Source of the DNA: the human T2T-CHM13v2.0 reference genome, Homo sapiens
Direction: 5' to 3' (one strand)
DNA: 64,000 nt
Assembly (NCBI RefSeq): GCF_009914755.1
Contig: NC_060932.1
In this document: positions 1-13,445 of the stretch, piece after piece
Layout of the letters: each line of letters opens with the position of its first letter
How positions within the stretch are numbered: position 1 is the first letter of the stretch
The notes under the pieces: generated by a model
Told to the model about the DNA's origin: nothing
Databases searched by the model: none
The model's input: the letters and a program-made list of their open reading frames with translations, nothing else
Position numbers and translations under genes: made by a program

Positions 1-691
<691 letters not shown>

Positions 692-830
692 GATCACACT
701 TTAAAGACCAAAAGGTAGAAGCGCAAAGACGTTATCTGTCCAATATTACAAACCTAGTAAGTGGTGGAATTTGGCCTTGAACCCAGATCTGTAACTCCAG
801 AGCCGAAGTGCTTCACCCACCTCCCTGTGG
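692..830 (-). mobile_element. MIR remainder after the L1PA insertion (in every unit)
   Basis: ctagtaagtgg...ttgaacccagatctgtaactccagagcc..gtgcttcacccac matches the antisense MIR 5' part. Confidence 0.7.
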
Positions 831-938
831 TGCCTCTACAGAAAAAGAGGTAAGCAGGCATTCCGAAAGCTGGTGGGCCGGGGGGCTGGCCTTGTACTCA
901 GAAGCCATGGAAGTCCCACGTGGGGTGGCTAGTGGTGT

Positions 939-1129
939 AAGGACAGAGGTCTCGGATGGGCAGAGGGATGTGGACAGGCGCGAGGGCGCGCGGCAGGGAC
1001 TCGGGGGACTGGGAGTGGCGGCTCGGGGCTGCGGGAGGCGATTGGTGGAAGGACAGAGGTCTGGGAGGGGCAGAGGGATGTGGACAGGCCCGAGGGGCCG
1101 CGGCAGGGATTCCGGGGGACCGGGAGTGG
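939..1129. repeat. ~110-bp-period imperfect G-rich direct repeat downstream of the CDS
   Basis: aaggacagaggtct...gggcagagggatgtggacaggc...cggcaggga...gggggac.gggagtgg at 939-1018 and 1049-1129. Confidence 0.85.
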
Positions 1130-1255
1130 GGGGTTGGGGTTACTCTTGGCTTTTTGCCCTCTCCTGCCGCCGGCTGCTCCAGTTTCTTTCGCTTTGCGGC
1201 GAGGTGGGCAGGGTGAGCTCTCGGGACTGATGGCGGTTTTGGAAGAGGCCTGGGG

Positions 1256-3283
1256 CTAAGGACAGGCCAGGGCGGCGGGAGAGGCGGACCGGTGGCGTGG
1301 CTGGATCTGGGCGCGCTGTCGGACCTTCCACATCACCAGCTGCAGGCAGGCGTTTGCGTCCTCGCTGGAGTTGTGGCCGTCCTGGCTGTCCTGGATGATC
1401 TGTGCCAGGTAGTCGGCCGCGAGATTCCTGAGGGAGCGCTTGTAGGGGAAACCCAGGTAGTGCGGGAAGAGCACGGCCGTGTCCACCACGGTGCTGTGGA
1501 TGAGCTTCAGGGCCAGCAGGTCGCTCTCCAGGCTGTGCCCGATGAGGATGGTTTGGGCGCTGAAAAAGCTCAGCAGGATGGCTTGGACTTGGGGCAACGT
1601 GATGCTCGTCTTGGCGACGTCGGCCTCGGTGACTCCGGAAAACCTGGTGTTGTAGTCCACGATCTCGTTGTCGGGCTTGACGAAGGTGTCGTACACCACT
1701 CGCATGTCGGCGTCCACCACGGTGACGCGGGTCAGCTCTAGGCCATGCGTGGTGTAGCACATCTCACAGTCCAAGGCGTAGATTCCTGGATAAGCGTCTC
1801 TGGACAACTCTTTCTTGAAGGTCTCCACGAAGCCATCGAGGCTCTCCTTGCGGCCGTCCCGCACGTGCTGCTTTGCCACCTGGCAGCCCACAGAGCCAGG
1901 AGCAGCTGCACAGCAGGTGTACTGGCTAACCCGGCCTCCAGCCACCTGGCTCGAGCGGACCCGCCCCCAGTGATAATAACACAACTGGTCGCGTACACAG
2001 CGGCCCGAGGAGGACACCAGGTACTCGGTGCCACAACGGCAGCAGACCCTGCAGGAGGAGTCGCCGGGCCCCTTCCCCTGGCCAGTGAAGAGGACGGCGC
2101 CTCCGGGCCGCTCGGGGTGCGGGAAGGGGTAGCCGTTCTCCTTGAGCTGGTCCTGGGTGAGCAGGAACTCCTGGAGGCGGCTGTACAGGGCGGCCCTGCT
2201 GAGGCCGGGCATGGAGCTGGGGGTCAGGCCCTTCAGTCTCTTGAGGGTGTTCAGGACCACGTTCAGGTACCTGTTCTTGTTGGGGCTGCAGTCGTAGGCC
2301 ACCTTCTCCTCGTTCAGCGCCTTCTCCTCGGCCTCCTGCTTGGAGGCGCAGAACTTGAGACACTCTTCGGTGAACAGTTGGAGATAGCCTCGGCGGAGGA
2401 CGGTGGGGACTTGGCACCCAGAGCTTCGGAGGATAATGGGTTTCTTCAAACTCAAACTCGGTAAGGATGCACGACGGACGATTCGCTTAGAGCTGGTGGT
2501 GGCGGTGGTCTTGCATGCCATCCCTGACCTGTTGCGCGTCTTCCCTGGCTGTCTGCCGACCTTGGAGCCACGGGAGCGTTGGCTGCTGCTGGCCACCCGG
2601 GTTCTCTTGGCATCTGTGTAACCTGTGACCAAGCAAGGGCTGGAAGAGTGGGCGATCGTCTTCCTCTTCCTGGGGGCTGAGATGCGGACTCCCGAGGGCC
2701 TCTCTGTCAGCCTTGGGGCGGCTGGCAAGCGGCAGGCCGATCCCCTCTGCGCAGGGAAGTAGCACGACTCCGTCACCATCTTGGGCCACGCTGGGGGCAC
2801 CGCCGGACCCCTGTTCTGGGGCTCCGCCTGGATGTCCACAAATGCTGAGGCCTGCTTGTGCATCTGGGGCACCCAGAGCCCGAAGCTCTGGGCAGGCTGA
2901 TGAGAGGGCAGTGGGAATTCTGGAGCCTCGAGGGCCGCCTCCTCGGCCACCTTCTTAGCTTCTGGGTATCCAGGTGGGAACCAGCAGGGAGCTGTGGCTC
3001 GCAACATCTTGCTGCCTTCGGGAGCACCGGCCGGGCTCTGCTCCGCTCCCAAATGGCGGCTTGCCTCCGGGGCCGCCTCCTTGGCCACCTTCTTAGCTTC
3101 TGGGTATCCAGGGCGGAACCAGCAGGGAGCTGTGGCTCGCAACATCTTGCTGCCTTCGGGAGCACCGGCCTGGCTCTGCTCCCCTCCCAAATGGCGGCTT
3201 GCCTCCAGGGCCGCCTCCTCGGCCACCTTCTTAGCTTCTGGGTATCCAGGGGGGAACCAGCAGGGAGCTGTGGCTCGCAACAT
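1256..3283 (-). CDS. REXO1L1: REXO1-like exonuclease GOR retrogene, copy 1 (675 aa from first ATG; family usually annotated as pseudogenes)
   Basis: Intronless ORF. First ATG at 3283 in AAGATGT context (the ORF-track start at 3328 is TTG). DEDDh motifs ALDCEMC / GHSLESDL / GHNSSEDA, Cys/His-rich region CCRCG..CYYHWGR..YTCC, REXO1-like [19 protein letters not shown] segment. Confidence 0.9.
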   Translation of the reverse strand: MLRATAPCWFPPGYPEAKKVAEEAALEASRHLGGEQSQAGAPEGSKMLRATAPCWFRPGYPEAKKVAKEAAPEASRHLGAEQSPAGAPEGSKMLRATAPCWFPPGYPEAKKVAEEAALEAPEFPLPSHQPAQSFGLWVPQMHKQASAFVDIQAEPQNRGPAVPPAWPKMVTESCYFPAQRGSACRLPAAPRLTERPSGVRISAPRKRKTIAHSSSPCLVTGYTDAKRTRVASSSQRSRGSKVGRQPGKTRNRSGMACKTTATTSSKRIVRRASLPSLSLKKPIILRSSGCQVPTVLRRGYLQLFTEECLKFCASKQEAEEKALNEEKVAYDCSPNKNRYLNVVLNTLKRLKGLTPSSMPGLSRAALYSRLQEFLLTQDQLKENGYPFPHPERPGGAVLFTGQGKGPGDSSCRVCCRCGTEYLVSSSGRCVRDQLCYYHWGRVRSSQVAGGRVSQYTCCAAAPGSVGCQVAKQHVRDGRKESLDGFVETFKKELSRDAYPGIYALDCEMCYTTHGLELTRVTVVDADMRVVYDTFVKPDNEIVDYNTRFSGVTEADVAKTSITLPQVQAILLSFFSAQTILIGHSLESDLLALKLIHSTVVDTAVLFPHYLGFPYKRSLRNLAADYLAQIIQDSQDGHNSSEDANACLQLVMWKVRQRAQIQPRHRSASPAALACP

Positions 3284-3338
3284 CTTGCTGCCTTCGGGAG
3301 CACCGGCCTGGCTCTGCTCCTCTCCCAACTGGCGGCTT
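2925..3338. repeat. 138-bp tandem repeat x3 spanning 5'UTR and N-terminus (x2 in copy 3)
   Basis: Units start at 2925, 3063 and 3201. Each contains an ATG (3007, 3145, 3283) beginning [10 protein letters not shown]. Confidence 0.95.
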
Positions 3339-3339
3339 C

Positions 3340-3500
3340 AATGAGTGCTGCGGCCGCCACTTGTCGCCTTTATATAGGCACAGGGCAGACTGGGTGGGAC
3401 TTCTCCTTGATAGGTTGGTGCTTCAGTCCAATCACACTGAGCCTCATCTTCCACCAGACTCCAGCTTGGGAATGCCTCAGGGGGTGCGCTAATGGAATCA
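3340..3500 (-). promoter_or_regulatory. Putative REXO1L core promoter, copy 1
   Basis: TATATAAA (minus, 3369-3376), Inr-like CTCATT (3345-3340), GT-box GGGTGGG 3392-3398, CCAAT 3428-3432, DUX4-consensus TAATGGAATCA 3490-3500. No upstream ATG between TATA and 3283. Confidence 0.7.
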
Positions 3501-3610
3501 ACTGGAACTCCCGGTTGCTAAACTTGGAGCTAGGTTGCTTTTCCTGAGTTAAGTAACTGTCCCTGCAGGGCAGTCCTATAATGGCTACTGGAATTGGGCT
3601 ACCTAGGATT

Positions 3611-3690
3611 AAATTAAGGTTCAGGGAGGTTGGTCAACTTGCTTGGGCCCACACAGCACCCCTTGGAGCCAGGACTGGGCCAGCAGTCTG
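3611..3690 (-). mobile_element. MIR fragment upstream of the promoter (in units 1-5)
   Basis: aaattaaggttcagggaggttggtcaacttgcttgggcccacacagc resembles the antisense MIR core. Confidence 0.55.
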
Positions 3691-3821
3691 CTGCATGCTG
3701 GAGGGCGGGATCCCTCTGGGGCTGCCTTTCCCTGCTCTGTGCACTCCGCCGCTGCGGGCAAATTGAGGACAGGAAGCGGACCGCACCCACTTCTCTCCCA
3801 GGACTTGGGCAATGTTCAACA

Positions 3822-4710
3822 CAGGTGGTCTTCCAAAGGTTCATAGAAAATGCACATGGTGAAGAAACGATGCATGGATTTCCACTGGTTTGCACTAAAA
3901 TAAACTTGTCCTAACTTCTGATAACCTTTCTGAACTAGATCTAGTTTGAGGCACTAAGAAGGATGAGACATCCACTGAAAAGGACTCCCGTCAGAGCAAC
4001 ATGAATTCCACGAAAATTGCAGCAAGAGGAAACATCAAATTTATGGTGAAGCTTGGGTGGAAGATTGAAGAAATCATTGACGTTTTAAGAAAAGCTTGCA
4101 AGGACACTACCCCAAAGAAATGAACTCTTTACGAATGTATAGCTTGTTTCAAGAAGAGGTGAGAAGATGTGGAAGATGAATCCTTCAGTGGCTGTGAAAA
4201 CCACTGTGCCCAGATCAGCTGCAGTTACGACGAGAGCTATCAGTGGAAATTTTAAACAGGAGGGATCACGATCCTGACGCATCCCTCTGACAAATTGTAA
4301 GCGGAAGTTGGAACATGGCTTCACCAATATGATCTCCAAGGCAAAGTATCATGAAAGCGATGGCTACCAAGAGGTGGCAGTGGTCCAGTCAAAGGAAAAG
4401 GAGGCCAGTCAGGAGCCCACATCATGGCATCAGTGTTTTGGGACACTCAAGGCATTTTGCTTGTTGACTTTCTGAAAGGCCAAACATCTGCTTATTAGGA
4501 GAGTGTTCTGAGAAGCTTAGATAAAGCTTTGGTAGAAACATGCTGGGAAAGTCTCACTAGATCCTTGTTCACCACATCAATGCTCTGCTCATTCCTCTCA
4601 TCAAACAAGGGCAATTTTGTCAGTTTCAATGGGCAGTCCTTAGGAATTCACCTTACGGGCTGCTTTCATTCCTTCTAAATTCTTTTTGTTTCCTAATGAT
4701 AAAAAGTCTC
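3822..4710 (+). mobile_element. HSMAR2 mariner DNA transposon remnant (5' TIR, internally deleted, 3'-truncated)
   Basis: TIR-like caggtggtcttccaaaggttcatagaaaatg at 3822. ATG 4001 gives MNSTKIAARGNIKFMVKLGWK..TPKK*. WLPRGGSGPVK at 4361. Degenerate PYSPDLAPSDFFLFP region ~4650-4700. Confidence 0.88.
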
Positions 4711-4768
4711 CTTGCCTTGCTTGGAAAGATGAGAGAAAGTCTCCTTGCCTTGTTTGGACAGATGAGAG
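4703..4768. repeat. 33-bp tandem duplication at the HSMAR2 truncation point
   Basis: aaagtctccttgccttgcttggaaagatgagag / aaagtctccttgccttgtttggacagatgagag. Confidence 0.85.
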
Positions 4769-6569
4769 ATGAGATCCTCCTCTTCTCTCCCAGGACAGAA
4801 TGGTGAGACTTGAGTTTCCTTTCTCCTCACTCTTCTCCTCCTTGAGGGAGCTGCTGTGCCGGACAGACCTGCCCCCGTGTCTAGACACTGGTAGACTCGT
4901 TTAAGTTCCTCACAGGCAATCCTCCATGGGGTCAAAGTGGAAGGACTTATTTCTTCAGGGCTCAGTAGTCCACATCCTGGCGCGCACCTTCACCAGCCCA
5001 GGGCGGGGTAGAGGAGGGTGAAAGGGCGTGGCTCAGAGCCCGCTTCTTCCGCTCGGGCGTATCCTGGGAGGAACCCTTGTCCGGTGAGCATGTCTTCGTC
5101 TCTACCAAATTCCCTAGTGGGACATTTCTGGCAGCCCTACTTGTTCAGCAGCTTACGGGGGTCAGGTGGACCTCTGCTAGTCACCAGCCTGAAGCCCTTT
5201 CTCCATTTCAGCTATTTTGGCAGTTGCCTAGGTGACTTTTGAACCTCATTATCCAGAACAGCAAACGGACGAGGGGTGAGAAGAGTGGCCGTCTGGGTTT
5301 GCAGCATAGTGCTGCCTTCTAGGAGTTGTGCAGTCTTCGATTGTGTGAAACTTCACCTGGCTGATTTGTGGCAATGCCTCCACAAATTCGCTAAATTCAG
5401 TAGCTTTGGCCTTCCAAGATTCATTTACACAATGTTGAATGCTTTAAATGAATGAGCATGAAGAGTGCTGGGCTGGAAAGTGATGAGATGGGTGGTAGGG
5501 ACTCCTCGGAGTAGAGGAGTAGAGTTTTACTATTATGACTAGGAGGCAAATAAAAAGAAGCTGAACGTGATCCATAATAAAAGAAGCACACACTCACAGA
5601 GCTCCATACCAACTACATTAAAATGGAAATCATGATATTTGGAAATACAACTTAATTGGAAATCATTAAGTAATCTCATCAACCTTTTTACAGTGGGTGG
5701 CAGGGCTATGGAGGGAAAACAGCAATGGTTCTGGCACCTACTTAACTTGATTCCATTAAATTCACCCAACAGGCCTCCAGAGAAGATATTACTGCTTTGA
5801 TATTACAAAGGGAAAAACAGCTATGGCGTCTCTGAAAAGCACAACGTGCTAGGACTGGAATGACTTTAAAACCACACATAAATTTCTGAGAGATTTTTGC
5901 CATAAGGTACCATCCACCTTATTGTAAACCACATCCTAAAATTGTCTGCAGTGCAAATGGATTATGTGCATCCAACAGGAAACAGCATAGGTTGAGAAGC
6001 TGTTACTTAATAGCTTCATTGTCACCACGAGTGTAAAGTGTGGGGTCTCATCACTTTTGCACCCACGTTTTGCCTGTTGGTTTCTCCACACTGTCAGGAG
6101 CATTTGACCAACTCACTGTGGCTCAGGGTCCCTTACGCAGCCTGTTGGGGAAACCAGTGGGTATTGAAGACCTGCCTCTGGTGTGCCAGGAGGTTGTGCC
6201 TGCCGGCCACTCTGACTTGCGATCTTCCGCCTCAGTGTATGGCTTCCTACACCTGGGTAATTAACATAGCCAGCATGATAAGGAGGTCCTTTCATCACTA
6301 TTGCCACTAGTCCTTCCGACTCCTGTGCCCTGTTTCTCCTTTATTGGAACCCAAGAACGAGTAAACATAGCATTTTCAAACATCCCGCCCCCTTCCCTGG
6401 TAACACCAATATTCCACCATCCTAATTCCCTCACAAGCATTCAGTCTCTCCACCCTGAGGTGGTGAAATCCCTGCAGGCATTTATAAGTATACCTGGACA
6501 GAAGAAATACAAGATACCGTTCTATTAACTCAATATAGTGTTGCTAAGTTCGTACTTTTGCTTGGTTTA

Positions 6570-7148
6570 TTTTATTTTATAAATAGGTATCACTCGCATG
6601 GTTCCAAATGCGGTAGGCACAGAGAGTATATATGATGGAATTACATCCTCCTTCCCTGCACTCAGCAACCGAGATCTTCCCGCTACGGGCACTCAAAGGT
6701 TTCATTGTCTGAAATATCAGCCTAAACGTAGTTTATGTTTAGGAAGCAACAACCGTAAATAGGCCCACATCCAAACGGAGTGGATTTAGGTTTCACTTTT
6801 TCAAGGAAAAACCATCAAAGAATTTTTCCACATACTTATAAACCATCCCACGTATAGAATCCATTTTTACTGACACAAATTTAGTACCAATAAACGACTC
6901 TTCTTCTCAATTTGTTTTATTTAACAATAAGTCTTGAACGTCATTCCCAGTTAACATTTTGAAGAGTTTCCTCTCTTTCGTTCTGTTTTAGCTGCAAAGT
7001 ATTCTTCCGTAAGGATGAACGTACTATAATTTATTAGCCAGCCACTTAGTGATGTACAATTAAGCAGTTTTAAATCTTTGACTCTTGAAAATATTGTTTC
7101 TCACACATAAATATTTCTATAAAATAAATTAGTTGAATTAGAATTGTT
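6570..7148 (-). mobile_element. Probable ancient L1ME-type fragment (in units 1-5)
   Basis: Weak resemblance to an antisense old L1 3' end (tttaacaataagtcttg..., gctgcaaagtattc..., ataatttattagccag). Confidence 0.4.
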
Positions 7149-7361
7149 GGAGTTCAAGACCAGCCTGGCCAACATGGTGAAACCCCATCTCTACTAGAAA
7201 CACAAAATTAGCCGGACATGCCGGTACATGCCTCTAATCTCAGGTGAGGCAGGAGAATCACTTCAACCTGGGAGGCAGAGGTTGTAGTGACTCGAAATCA
7301 CGCCACTGCACTCCAGCCTGGGCGACGCGAGCGAAACTCTGTCTCAAAAAACCAAAAAAAA
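7149..7361 (+). mobile_element. 5'-truncated Alu (AluS-like)
   Basis: ggagttcaagaccagcctggccaacatggtgaaacccc...cactgcactccagcctgggcgac..ctctgtctc followed by an A-tail. Confidence 0.93.
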
Positions 7362-7374
7362 TTAAACATAAAAA

Positions 7375-8240
7375 GAAAAGCGGTACATATACCCAATAGA
7401 ACACAATTCAGCCTTAAAAAAGAAAGAAATCATCTCATTGGCAACACGAATGAGCCTAGAGGATGGTACACTGAGTGAAAGAAAGCAAAGGCCAGGCACG
7501 GTGGCTCATGCCTGTAATCCCAGTACTTTGGGAGGCCAAGGCAGGTGGAAGCGTTGAGCCCAGGAGTTGGAGATGAACCTGGGCAACATGGTGAAACCCC
7601 ATCTCTAAAAGAAACACAAAAATTAGCCAAGTGTGGCGTTGGACGCCTGTAGTCCTAGCTATTCAGGAGGCTGAAGCGGGAGGAACTCTCGACCCCGGGA
7701 GGTGGAGGCCGTGGTGAGTGAGCCGTGTTTGTGTCACTGTACTCCAGCCTGGGTGACAGACTGAGACCCTGTCTCAAAAAATAAATAATTACATAATAAA
7801 GATTTAAAAAGCAAGCACAAAAAGACAAATACTGCATGATCTCACTTATATGTGCAATCTCAAACAATGCAACTCATAGCTGTAGAGAGCAGAACGGTGG
7901 TTACCCGAGGCAGGGGTCAGGGAGGGACTGGAGAGATGATAGTCTCATGATACAAAATTCCAGAGAGGAATGGTTCTAGAGATCTATTGAACAGCCTGGC
8001 ATCTACAGTGTATAAGTATGTATTGTATACTTGAAAATTGCTATAAGAGTAGATTTTAGACATGTCCTCATCACATTAAAATCAGTATGTGAGGAAACGA
8101 GTGTGTTAATTAGCTTGATTTTGTCATTCCACAATGTATACACATATGAAACATCATGTTGTATGCCATAAATATATATAATTTTTATTTGTCAAGTTAA
8201 AATTAAAATTCATATAAATTATAAAAATAAAATGAAATAA
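7375..8240 (+). mobile_element. Old L1MA-type 3' end, interrupted by the AluJ (in units 1-5)
   Basis: attcagccttaaaaaagaaagaaatc...aaagacaaatactgcatgatctcacttatatgtg...tgtattgtatacttgaaaattgct..agagtagatttta...tgttaattagcttgatt, then an A-rich tail. Confidence 0.8.
7490..7800 (+). mobile_element. Full-length Alu (AluJ-like) inserted in L1M
   Basis: ggccaggcacggtggctcatgcctgtaatcccag ... ttgagcccaggagtt ... gagaccctgtctc followed by an A-rich tail. AAAGCAA flanks both sides. Confidence 0.93.
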
Positions 8241-8418
8241 CATACACTACAAAAGACGTTTATTTATTAAATCCCCACAGAAGGCGTCTAAGTGATAAAG
8301 GAAAATAAAATTCCGGGAACGGTAAAATCAATCAGAAATGCCCTACTTCAGTGCTTTCCGAAATTTGTCTGACAGAGTGGAAATCCAGTTTTTCACTAAG
8401 TCACTGTTCTGGAACAGT

Positions 8419-8541
8419 TTGTGTGTGTGTATGTATGTGTGTGAGGGCTCACATACACAAATTGAACTAATGGAAGTGTAAGCATTCAAATTATCAGTTT
8501 AATTTAGTTCTATACATATACACACACACACACTCACACAC
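8419..8541. repeat. Short imperfect (TG)n and (CA)n microsatellites
   Basis: tgtgtgtgtgtatgtatgtgtgtg at ~8419-8443 and cacacacacacactcacaca at ~8521-8541. Confidence 0.7.
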
Positions 8542-8759
8542 CGAAAACATTGATAAAATCAGCCATTCCAGCAAAACTAGCTACTTAGTGTCTATCTCTC
8601 CTTGAAGATTCAAACTAGAAATGAGGATTTAGAGAGGCATGATGGTTCATTCTCTCTTGGAGCCCAGTTCGAAGTTGACTGACTGATTCAGTCATTGTAA
8701 TTGGTTGGTCTTGGGGAAGAATCCACTTTGACTCTTGGGAAGTCAGCTAGGTCAGCGGA

Positions 8760-9090
8760 CAGAGCAGGGGCTCTGGAGCCAGACTGCCTGCACCCGACTT
8801 CTAGCTATGATACCTTGGATAAACTACTTATCACCTGGGCTTCAGGTTCCTCATCTGTAAAATGGGGATAAGAATGCTATCTCTCTCACAACTATTAGGA
8901 GGACTGACTGGGTTAATACGTGCAAAGTACCAAGTACATAAGAAACCAACAGCCAGTGCTCATTACAATCATTATTATTTTGGGCAAGTTAAGCCGCATG
9001 GTTTCTTTAGGTATAAAATTAGGCTTTATTTACCTACCTGTTGGGTTGTTCCAAGGATTAATCACATAGTGTTCATGAATTCCCTTTATA
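8760..9090 (+). mobile_element. MIR plus a second MIR fragment (in units 1-5)
   Basis: ggctctggagccagactgcctg...ccttgga..cttcaggttcctcatctgtaaaatggggataa. Second core ttgggcaagtta...cctacct..gggttgtt..aggattaa. Confidence 0.82.
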
Positions 9091-9114
9091 AACTATTATA
9101 CAAAAGAACTATAG

Positions 9115-9209
9115 TTAACATTAATTGAACACCTACTATGTGCGATCGTTTTAAGGCTTGCCATGTGCTGCTTCATTCAGTCCGCACCATGACATTAGGA
9201 TCACACTTT
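9115..9209 (-). mobile_element. MIR part split by the L1PA insertion
   Basis: aacattaattgaacacctactatgtgc matches the antisense MIR 3' end. The element continues after the L1. Confidence 0.6.
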
Positions 9210-12881
<3,672 letters not shown>

Positions 12882-13445
12882 GATCACACTTTAAAGACCA
12901 AAAGGTAGAAGCGCAAAGACGTTATCTGTCCAATATTACAAACCTAGTAAGTGGTGGAATTTGGCCTTGAACCCAGATCTGTAACTCCAGAGCCGAAGTG
13001 CTTCACCCACCTCCCTGTGGTGCCTCTACAGAAAAAGAGGTAAGCAGGCATTCCGAAAGCTGGTGGGCCGGGGGGCTGGCCTTGTACTCAGAAGCCATGG
13101 AAGTCCCACGTGGGGTGGCTAGTGGTGTAAGGACAGAGGTCTCGGATGGGCAGAGGGATGTGGACAGGCGCGAGGGCGCGCGGCAGGGACTCGGGGGACT
13201 GGGAGTGGCGGCTCGGGGCTGCGGGAGGCGATTGGTGGAAGGACAGAGGTCTGGGAGGGGCAGAGGGATGTGGACAGGCCCGAGGGGCCGCGGCAGGGAT
13301 TCCGGGGGACCGGGAGTGGGGGGTTGGGGTTACTCTTGGCTTTTTGCCCTCTCCTGCCGCCGGCTGCTCCAGTTTCTTTCGCTTTGCGGCGAGGTGGGCA
13401 GGGTGAGCTCTCGGGACTGATGGCGGTTTTGGAAGAGGCCTGGGG

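Larger units (their letters stand above)
870..3370. other. CpG island covering the retrogene and its 3' region (in every unit)
   Basis: Visibly GC- and CpG-rich compared with the AT-rich spacer. Not computed. Confidence 0.75.

Noticed and set aside
1292-2464. Plus-strand ORFs of 149 aa and 239 aa, and overlapping minus-strand 206/163/100-aa ORFs
   Set aside because: Shadow ORFs of a GC-rich CDS. They have no recognisable domains, and many use non-ATG starts.
3284-3328. 690-aa start given by the ORF track
   Set aside because: The start codon is TTG and lies only ~15 nt from the predicted TSS. The first ATG is at 3283 (675 aa).
2925-3338. CRISPR-like repeat array next to a nuclease
   Set aside because: Contiguous 138-bp tandem units with no unique spacers, in eukaryotic DNA.
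2773-3547. Repetitive 195/229/116-aa ORFs
   Set aside because: Alternative-frame readings of the 138-bp repeat.
4001-4123. Mariner transposase ORF
   Set aside because: Stops after 40 codons, has internal deletions, and the ATG is lost in unit 3.
5018-9128. Short 60-90 aa spacer ORFs
   Set aside because: No homology recognised, several lie in Alu/MIR/L1, and several are altered or broken between copies.
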